55,708 nucleotides of DNA from Bigelowiella natans CCMP2755 (Eukaryota > Protista > Cercozoa), in contig ADNK01000032.1 of assembly GCA_000320545.1 (NCBI GenBank), forward strand, positions 1 through 55,708. The letters are read 5' to 3'. The notes below the pieces were generated by a model, which saw only the letters and a list, made by a program, of their open reading frames with translations, was not told the DNA's origin and searched no databases. Of the stretch, positions 40,979-51,100 are shown piece by piece; position 1 is the first letter of the stretch, and the number at the start of each line of letters is the position of its first letter. The translations under genes and the position numbers were made by a program.

Positions 40979-41412
40979 GTTCTCGGTCGTGGCGCGCACC
41001 AAGGAGTATTCGATTCCTTTACAACAAGGCATCCCTGCCCGTGGTTGGGCAATGAGGCACACGGAGCTCTTCTACTACTTCGACGTACCAACGCGGGGCA
41101 GCGAGCTGTTCATCCAGGTCACTAGGATTACTGGCGACCCTGATCTTTACGTCTCGGAAAAGGTCGGTCACTTATAGCAGTAACTGCAGCAGCGATTGCA
41201 ATGGTTGATCGCACGCATGCGGATGGTACATGCATGCCACAGCATTGTGTCACCGCTTCGCACTTTCAACTTTTCTTGAGTTTCGTCCTTTTCATGTCGT
41301 CACCATAAAACTACCTCATTCCGTCATCATCATCGTCGTCATCAACCCTTCTAGCCTTCCTTCTTCCAAAAAGTTGTCTCATACTATGTCAACCTGATCC
41401 TCCTCACCGAAG

Positions 41413-41446
<34 letters not shown>

Positions 41447-44400
41447 TTTTAACTCTCCACAGACCACGCGCCCCTCACGCACAGTCTTCGATCGGCGTTC
41501 GATCCATTTCGGATCTGACGGCGTCGTGATTGAGCACGCCAACGCGACCCGGTACTACATAGGGGTCTATTCTTTCATCAACTCGACCTACACCATCACA
41601 GCGCAGGTCCTCGACCCGTCGCAGCAAGAACGTCTCCCTCTCGTCGACGGAACACCGCAGGCCGGTATCGTGGCCAGGGGGTTACACCGCACGTACATCT
41701 TCCGCCTCCCTGCGGTGACGGAGAGCCTGACCTTCTCGCTCTCCACCATTATCGGTGACCCTGATCTGAACGTGACGATGGTGACGACCCACCAGAGCAT
41801 CGTGCGGCGTAAGTATGGAAGCGACGTGATTGTCATCCACCACGCCCCTGCTGGAAACTACCTCGTCGATGTGACAGGGTATCAGGACGCCAGTTACACC
41901 ATCCTCGCCGTCACCGATCAAGTGGGCACGCTCCTGCTCGATGGTGTGCCGATTCGCGATGAGGTGGGGTACCGGCAGTACGACTACTTCGAAGTCTACG
42001 TTGATAGGACCGACGAGGATCTCACGGTCACGCTCACGGCCTTTGAGGGCGACCCAGACCTGTACATCTCCGACTCCGTGCGCCGCCCCAGCCAGCGGTA
42101 CGGCACGTACAACTTCTCGTCGAGGCTGTACGGCGAAGACGCGATCACCATTCCGAGGGGCTTGCTTCGTCGCGGCTACTACTACATCTCAGTGTTTGGG
42201 CCGCTGAATAACTGCTCGTACTCCATCATGTCCACCTTCTCCAACCGGACGATTCTGCAGGACGGTGTGCCGCAGGCTGGCAGAGCTGCCTCCAATGCTG
42301 GGAACTACTATGAGTGAGTGGTGGAGTAATAGAACGTGCCTGCCCGCCTGCCTGCCTGCCTGCTGCCCTGTAATCCTGAAAGGAAGGAAGGAATGAATGC
42401 CTGCCTGCCTACCTACCTATCTGCTTGCTGTGAAATGATGTATTATTGTTGATTATTTATGTATGATGCCCGTGGTGAAGGTGATGATGATAATGATGAT
42501 GATGATTATGGGGGGGGGGGGTTGGTGAATATGACCATACGATTTTGCGATATGTATAAGCATCTATCAAGCGATGGATGTGCCTATCTGTTCCCCTTCC
42601 TTAACCGCCCGCCTCGGTCTCCTCCTCCTCCCTCACACCTCCTCCCACTCCTCCTCCTCCTCCTTTTCGGACGATGGTGAAACAGATACCGGACGCCAGC
42701 GGGCAACTCTTCGCTGCGGTTTACCCTGCAGATGTACCGAGGTCGAGGCGACCTGTACATCTCGAGCCATGGCCCGCCCATCGCGCGCGATCCACGGAGC
42801 TGGCACTGGCGGTCCATGAGCATCGTGTCCCCCCCCGTCATATCCATCCCGGCCTCTGACCCTTTTTACAACCCGGGTGAGACGCTTCGGATTCTTGTCC
42901 ATTGCCACCGCAACTGCTCCTACGCGGTCACCGCGAGCTCGGCTATTGCCGTGACCACCCTCCAGGCCGGCGTGACCCAGTTCCAGCACGGCCGAGGCGG
43001 CGACACCTTCCTCTACAGCTTCGATATGACCAACCAGGGCTACGACATGGAGGTCACGGTCGACGCCATTGTGGGTGGCGTTTCCATTCAGGTCTCGAAG
43101 ACCTCGAAGCAGGGGCCATGGCAGTGGACGAATGAGGTGAGCACGGGAACGCGACTGCCCCTCATCGACATACCATTCAACGACCCCAACGGCGGAGTGG
43201 GAACGTATTACATCAAGGCCAACGTCCACAGCAACTCTTCCTTCGGCCTCACAGCATATGCCTTTGATCCGATGGAGCAGCGCAACGTGACAGGGAGGAT
43301 GCTCACAGATGGGCTGCCGCAGGTAGCCCTTGTGAAGCAGCGCAAGCTTCGTTACTTCCGATTCAACATCGACCAGGCGGAGGACGTAACAGTGTCAGTG
43401 ACGCCCCGCTACGGAGACCCTGACCTCTACATCACGCTCGACGGCAGCGTGCCCTCCAGATCCAACTATCTCTTCCATTCCATCGGCTTTGGCTCTGACG
43501 AGATCACGGTGCCACGCGGCTCGATACTCCACGCGTGCGGGCTCGACCTGCGGCACTGCACGCTGAGGGTGGCGGTGTACGCGTTCCGGCAGCAAGCGCT
43601 CTGCTCCATCACGGCCACGAGCTCGGGCAGGATCTCCATCCTGGAGGCAGGCGAGACCAAGACCGGCCAGGTGGAGATCGGCCACTACCGCGAGTACGTG
43701 ACGTACGTCCCTGAATCGTTCGCAGATCTCTCCGTGGAGGTCACCAACATCTCGCCCGGTGACCCAGATCTCTTCCTCGCGCCTTGGCCGCACCCCAACC
43801 GCTCGCACTACCAGTACAAGAAAACTACGCAGGGCCGCGACACCATCACCGTCAGCAACGTGACGGGGAGATACTACTACATCAGCGTCTACGGGTTCAA
43901 ATCGGTGACGTTCCGGCTAACGGTGACGCTGAGCGGCAAAGCGACGACGCTGCTGGACGGCGTCACGCAGAATGGCTTCGTCAAGTCCGGGAGCTATCAA
44001 TACTATCGACTCTACCAGCCACAGTCGTCTGTGACTCTGATGCTGCACACCTTTAGCGGGCAGGCGGTGATGTACGCTTCCTCAAGAACCACACACCCCT
44101 CCAGCACTGACAACCAGCTTACGACCGAAAAAGTGGGGATGGGGATACGGCGAGGGGAGATACAGTTCACGAGGGACATGATCTGTGCGGGCTGCGACAT
44201 CTACGTGAGCGTGTTCGGAACTACCGACAGCCCGTTCTCTGTGCTGGCCTCGTCAGGCGGCGAGAAGGCGACGCTGCTGCTCTACAGCCAGCCAACGAAT
44301 GGGCAGGTGGATAACCGACAGCAAGGATCCTCCGTTAGGTACTATGAGTTCCTCCTCGACAGCAACGATACCGACGTGTCGCTGGTAGTCACCACCATCT

Positions 44401-45468
44401 CAGGCGCCGTTGATCTTTACGTGGGGCTCAATGCCTACCCCACCCGGGACTCGTATAAGTACGTCGCCGCTGGCGATAGCGGAACCTACCAAGCCGTCGA
44501 TATTGACAATGGGGAGGCCGGGACCTACTATGCAGCCGTGTTCCCACGCCCTGGGAACCTTGGCACGTCCATCTTCTTCATCAGCGCAAGCACCGACAAC
44601 ACGATGCTCCAATCGGGCACGCCGCAGGACGGCCGTTTATCGCGCGAAGGCAGCTTCTTCTTCGTGCACAGCTCCACCAAGCAGGACCTGGAGATCTCCG
44701 TGCAGCCGAAGGACGAGCTGTACAGCAAGGACCTGCAGTTCAGCGTGTTCGTATCCACGACGAAGAACAAGCCCTCCGCCAGCGACAACGACTTCTCGGC
44801 AACGCTCAAGGAGGGCGATGTGTTGCGTATTCCCACCGTAGAATCGAGGTCCTGCAGCCAGGTGTACGCCCAGGCGGCGACTTGCGTTCTTTACATCAAC
44901 GTCGTGCCTGCCAGCGCCGCGGATAGCGGCAAGGCGTTCACCATCGTTGCGAGCTCTCCGGAGACGATCAAGCAGCTGCAGAACCGCGTCGTGACCAAGG
45001 AAGCGTTCAACGGATCACTCAAGTGGGCCTATTATGAGTCGTATGTCTCCAAAGCGGTAGTATAACTAATAAAATTATATTTCTATCGTTACCTCCTCCT
45101 CCTCCTCTTGATTGATCATGGGTGTTAGCGTAGCGTTTTGAAGGAGGAGATACCCGGTAGTGTAGCAGTAGTAATTTACGGATATTTGTTCTCTTTCCTC
45201 TTCTCCTCCTCCCCCTCCTCCTCCTCATCATCCTTCAGGCAACCAAGTACGTGATCGAGCTGGAACCGTGCATCGGAGAGACAGATCTGTATGTCTCTTA
45301 CAAGGCGACGAAACCCACGGAATCCAGCAGCACCTGGAACTCCAAGAGAGATGATGCTCTGGATATCATTGAAATTAATGAAAACAGGTAGGAGTAGTCG
45401 TAGTAGTAGTAGTAGTAGTAGAAGAAGAAGAAGAAGAAGAAGAGGCGTTTCTGCTGTGTTTGGTGTTT

Positions 45469-45503
<35 letters not shown>

Positions 45504-45600
45504 TTGTTTGTGTCTGTGTGTTCTCTTGGATCTAGAGAATGAAGATGATGATGGTGTTGCAATAATACTAATAACAACGGGGAAACACGAAAGTGGTCTG

Positions 45601-45639
<39 letters not shown>

Positions 45640-46733
45640 TGTGAAGAGGCGAAGAAGAATAGGGGAAATCTGAATGATAACGCTCACACCCAACGGGCTG
45701 ATTGGTTGATGACAGGTTCTTCGATTCTTCCATGTACATCGGCGTAAATCTGGCCAGCGGCTCCCATGCATTGTACAAGATACGCGGCAGCATCTTTTAC
45801 CCTGACGACCCTCTCAGCAGCAACAAGTCGTACACACCCACCGATACGCTCCTCCAGGTCGTCCCCCAGAGTGACGGTGCGGCCAAAGTGGTATGGAACA
45901 CGAAGGGGCTCGGGGGCAAGGACAAGTATCACACCCTGTACTGGGTACCGAGGGACTTCGCAAAGCGGATGGAGACGATCACCTACTCAGCGTGCGGTCT
46001 CAGGGAGGGGTAAGTTGTAGATTGTGTGGTAAAAGATTACACGCATGATGAAGTGTCCGTTCCTACCACATCTAGAAAGCGGCCATTGAACTAATGCTAT
46101 TATTCGCAATAAAAACAACAGCTACGCACGGTACGGGGACAGCGGTAGCTCTGGATTCAGGCAGGCGTTCGATTCGGAGAAAACTGCGGCTGGCTTCAGG
46201 CACGCAAGTCTGCCCAAAGGCAGTTTCGCTGAGGGTGTGCTGTACGACGTGAACATCGTTGCTCACATGGAGGACGGCACTGAGGTTGCTTATAAAGTCT
46301 CGCAGTTTACCCACCCGGGCGCTAGTGCTGGAGGTGGAGGTGGTGGCAACAATAATGGGGGGGGCACGTTGCAGCTTGTCCTCGGTATTAGTATTCCGTT
46401 GTTCCTCATCTGCATGGCAGCGATAGTCTACCTCGTCGTGAAAAATAGGAAACTTACGCGCGAGCTCGAGGTGGAGATGCACGATGTGCCCATCCGCTTA
46501 GGTGGTGAGATCTCCACCACGCCCATTACATCTCATATGGCCCGCGACAAGACGCAGAAGTACTCGCGATTGCTTTCTGAGGTGATTGATTCTTTCGATT
46601 CACTAATGGAATTTTCCATAATCCAAGATAATGTTTGATTTTTGCCGTTTGTCGGTCGTCTATGCAGATGGATGACGAAGATGATGAGAAATTCGATGAA
46701 GTGGGCGATTTTGCTTCACTGCCTGAAGTTTGA
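36762..46733 (+). CDS. Very large type I membrane protein with ~20 tandem PPC-like beta-sandwich modules (GDPDLY motif)
   Basis: Signal peptide MRSKPLLLLLITCGAVGA. Twelve exact GDPDL motifs plus about 8 degenerate ones, each in a ~110-aa unit (LxDGxPxxG...YYxF...GDPDLYV...YYIGVYG...FTI). Single TM LVLGISIPLFLICMAAIVYLVV. Cytosolic tail with YSRLL and an acidic cluster. Confidence 0.85.
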
Positions 46734-46949
46734 ATAGAAAATGACATTGGGATGCTATGACAGTGCATATGCGTACGGCGTTTTGGCAGTCTCGTCATTT
46801 TCAAACGAAAAGGATAAGTTACGTGAATTATTTGAATGAGTAGCCAAAACACCTACATGTCATGGCTGGTAAGCTTTACGTCGTTCAAATTCGGAAGCAT
46901 TGATGTTCCTGGATTTAGGAACTTTGAACTATCATAATTTCGATCAAGC

Positions 46950-47766
46950 GCATGGACATCTCTGATCTTGTAGCAGCTACCTAGCTACGATGTGCGCTGC
47001 GGCATGTAGACAGTGGCATGTCAAATGTGTTGTGTCGGAACACAACGCATGTTGCCATTCTAGCTAGCTAGCTGCTAGCACTGCAAGACGGTTACAATGA
47101 AATGATGATGATTGCATTTTTTCAATGGTCATCTAGCTAGCTAGCTAGCTAGTCATCCCAATCTAGCTGTCTTGCTAGCTAGTGATAGTGAGCTAGCTAC
47201 GTGAAAACATGAACCCAATTTGCGCGAACAACTCATTGCGTTGTCATGCGAGCTAGTATACTAGCCATGTCATCTAGCCATGCTAGCATGGCAGCATGCA
47301 CGCATGCACGCTGCTGCTAGGCTGGCTGGCTGGCTGGCTGGCATGTCCAATTGCACCCGCTAGCCCGCGACTCATGCAGCCTCACAGTGACTTGCATGGC
47401 TTGCCGCCCGTCTAGCCGTGCTAGCTAGCTGGCATGCTGGCATGGTTCTTTCTTGCTAGCTCATAAGCTCGGTCAACATTTTCATGTCGTCGTTTCTGTC
47501 ATGCTGACACAATGTCTAGATGTGCGCGGCTTTCTAGCTAGCTTTCAGCTTTTGACCTGTCTAGCTGTTGCACAGTTGTTTGTTGAGCTTCGTTTGTGCA
47601 ACGTTTGGTGACGTCCATGCTGGCATGCTGGCATGGATGTGCGTGCCTGCCAGCGTGCCTGGCGATTTATGTATGGGCACGGGGCTGTGCACCTAGCAAC
47701 GCAACAAGTGATCCACTGCAGCACGTCCATGCAAACAACCTGCACGTGCTTGCTAGCTTGGTGCAA
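46950..47766. repeat. TpA-depleted CTAG-rich tract (left part, interrupted by the LTR element)
   Basis: Most TA dinucleotides lie in CTAG. (CTAG)5 at 47133-47152 and (CTGG)n at ~47322-47341. Confidence 0.8.
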
Positions 47767-48091
47767 TGTAGCGCGTACTACTACGCGAGCACAAGTCACG
47801 TGCGACAACAAAGGGGTTGTCGCGGATATAGAATATAGATAACGTAGATATTAATACAGTATAGGCACGTGGGTTCCGGCGGGACTCATGGCAGCACACC
47901 GGAAGTGTGCTGCCCCACGTGCGGCGGCATTCGCGAAAGCTTCGCGAATGATTACGCAGTGCACGATTTAATAAAAATATAATCTTTAATAAAAATGAAC
48001 ATAACTCTTCAAAAGGAAGCAAACGTGCCTTCCCCCCCCCTGCCTACTTGTGCACGTAGCGCCTCGGCCTGTGAACACCTTACGCGCAACA
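47767..48091 (+). repeat. 5' LTR (325 bp)
   Basis: Matches 52589-52913 base for base on visual comparison. Contains two TTTAATAAAAAT copies (poly(A)-signal-like). Confidence 0.96.
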
Positions 48092-48096
48092 ACCTT

Positions 48097-48114
48097 TGGC
48101 TTCCACGCGGGGGA
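48097..48114 (+). promoter_or_regulatory. Primer binding site (tRNA 3' end complement, Asp-like)
   Basis: TGGCTTCCACGCGGGG lies 5 nt after the 5' LTR. Its reverse complement CCCCG-CGTGGAA-G-CCA fits T-stem/acceptor/G73/CCA as in tRNA-Asp. The tRNA identity is inferred. Confidence 0.65.
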
Positions 48115-48130
48115 AACGATTTGACTAACA

Positions 48131-51100
48131 ATGTTACAGCAGCTAGAAGAACAGCAGGACTTTGGCTCGCAGGCCGTGCAAGGGCACGAGCAGAAACAGG
48201 AAAGGAAGGGCGATACGGACGCTAAGGAAGGAGGAGGAACACCTCCACAGGCACCGCCGGGACCAGCACCCGGGATTAAGAAAGCAGATGCAGCAGCAGA
48301 GGCACTGGAGAACTTCTACGAGGCGGACGACGAGGACGTGGCCGCCGAAAGCAAGAAGGTCGTAATGGCATTACGAGCCTTGCGACCCAGGGCGAGCAAC
48401 TACGCCAAACTGAAAGTATCGATAGAATACAAGTATCAGACACATGATGTTTGGGCAGCTATCATGCAGGACATCATGGATTACGAAGCAGACTTACCTC
48501 CAGAGTGGGCAGCTTTGTTTAGGAACGACGGGGGTCTGGGCGCCTCGCGGGGGACGACCCAGAGCACCGTCAAGCAGCAGCAGCCGGTACAGCGGAACAC
48601 CCAGTTCACGTCTGTTAAAACAGCACCGGTTATGATAACGAAATACAACGGGAAAAGAGGTGAGGCAAGGAGGTGGTGGAAGAACGCTAGGAGTATACTC
48701 TGCGACTTTACCCCTAACCCCACCGAAAACGACAAGCTCAAATGGCTAGCTATAATAAAGCAAGCCATGGACCTTTACGAGACAGGCAGGACCCGGATCA
48801 GGCAGCTGGAGAAAATACACACTACAGTTAGTGGGCTACGAGACGTTGAGGCGATAATGAAGGCTTTTGTAAATGAACAGGATGCTAACTCCCTACCCCA
48901 GGCTATTAGAAAATACAGAGCAATGATGCAGCATGAGAGAGAACCTGTTAGAGACTTTGCCACGCGCTTCCAGGATATGATCGACGAACTACATGATTTT
49001 AATTACAACACAGGTGATGATCAGGCAAGGTTTGAAGAGTTCAAGTTAAAGATAAAGGAATCCACTTACGTTACGGAGAAAGGCTACACCACGATGGAGG
49101 CAGCAGTGCGGGCTATATCCCTACGCGAGCAGGAGCAGGACCGCAAGTTTACCAGCCCTAAGGTACCTGGCATAGGAAACATTAACGCTATTAAGCCGCA
49201 GCGAGACTGGTACAAGGACAGGGAAGGTAACCGACGTTGCGGATACTGCTCACGTAAAGGGAAACACACCGCTAAAGACTGCAGAGACAGGAAAGAAGGA
49301 CGACCCAGGATGACGATCAGGCAGCTCAACGAACACTACGAGAAGTTAAAGAGAAAGAAAGGCAGAGGACAAGGATATAACAACAGCAAATGGCAAGGCA
49401 GCAACAACGGGAAGAACAATAAATATAAGAACAAGAAGCAGAACAGTATCAATGCTATACAGCAGCAGATAAACGGAATATTAGATCACCTTAAGCAGGC
49501 GCCGACGAAGACAGCAGTACCAGCAACGCAGGACCAAGACAAGCCCATGACCCTAGACGACATAAAGAACTTAGGAGTATGCAACATTAATGACGAAGAC
49601 GCTAACAGGACTATCAAAGTTGCTATGACCAAGGTTAAAGTTAAAGACAGCTACGGAGACTACAAGAAACTACCTGCCCTTTGGGATAGTGGCAGCATGC
49701 CGAAGTCCTTCATAAGCCTAAGCACAGTAAGAAGGTTAGGACTATTGGATCAAGTGACTAAGAAAGAACGTAAATATGCTCAAGCAGACGGAAGCTCTTC
49801 TATGAAGACCGTCGGTGAGCTAATGCTAAAGCTACAGATACCTGGCAGCGACGCGGAGACCCAAATCAAGACCCGAGTAGCCATGACTTTATCCATGGAA
49901 CTACTCCTCGGACAGGATGCCCTAGAAAAATTAGGGGGGATCATATCATTCTACAATCACAAGATATACTATGCTAAGTTACCAAAGAAGTCAGGCAGGA
50001 CCATCAGCCAGAACATGATACGGCTTGACGAGTGGACCTCTGAGTCAAGCGTTAATGCGTTAGAGTTTATGGACCTAGCGGACAACAAGCTACCTACACC
50101 TACCGAGCTACGGAAGAAGAACCCCGGCAAGACCATCCGACAGATAACGGAGCTACTGGACAAGACCCCCCCAGCTGATGATTGGGATATCGACAAAGGC
50201 AAAAAGTACATTAATAAAATATTAAACGAGAAGTACTCTGACATCACCAAGCCGACGACGAAGCCCTCCAGCAAACTTACCCCAGTAAAGATCGAGCTAA
50301 AGGAGGGATACGAAGAGTGCATCATCAATGACCCAGAACATAGGCGACCGGAAGCGGACTGGGAAAAGATAGAGTGGCAGATCAATGAATGGGCAAAGGA
50401 AGGGAAGATAGAGCCAAGCAACTCACCATGGAACGTGAGACATGTGCTAGCTAAGAAACCTACTTACCCTTTCTTCCGCCTGGCGCACAACTTCATCCGC
50501 CACAACCGAGTAATAAAGAGGATCCAGACACCTACACCAAAGATAGATGACGTTATTGAACACGTCATAGGATACAAATACTACTCTTCCCTAGATAAAA
50601 ATGAATCATACATGCAGACACCCATCCACAAAACCTCCCGCCCCAACACCCTATTGAATGCTAAGCTAGACACTACTAGACCAGCTACCCTATGGACAGA
50701 CTGGTCTAAGCTAGGTATGGCTGCTGTACTTACCCAAGACCAGCAGATCATACGGGTGTGGGGCAGGGCCTGTACAGCAGCTGAGGCCAAATACAGCCCT
50801 ACAAAAGGAGAGTATAAAGCCATGACTGAGGCGCAGAGGAAACTAAGATACTACCTGCTGTCGGTGCCCAGCTTCACCTTAATGACTGACCACAAGCCCC
50901 TCCTAGGCATCGACCGCAAGCTCGAAGCGCCTAACGATGAGTATGCAGCTATGAGGGCGGACACGGAAGAGTTTAGGGACAAGAGGACAGTGGTCTACGC
51001 ACCAGGAGACAAGCAGCTTGCTGACTATTTCAGCAGGCTGTTCGAAAAGAAAGTCCCTACCCAGGTCACCCCTATGGTTAACGCGATTACCTTCGAGGAC

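Noticed and set aside
37378-44841. Many overlapping ORFs on both strands within the PPC-repeat gene
   Set aside because: Expected shadows of GC3-rich long exons.
250-45640. Numerous (TA)n, (CA)n, (GA)n, (CAG)n and (TAG)n microsatellites and the short ORFs reading [18 protein letters not shown]
   Set aside because: Ordinary intronic microsatellites; the ORFs are translation artefacts.
47865-47950. Possible hammerhead ribozyme (retrozyme-like) in the LTR
   Set aside because: No CUGANGA core with a correctly placed GAAA was found on either strand.
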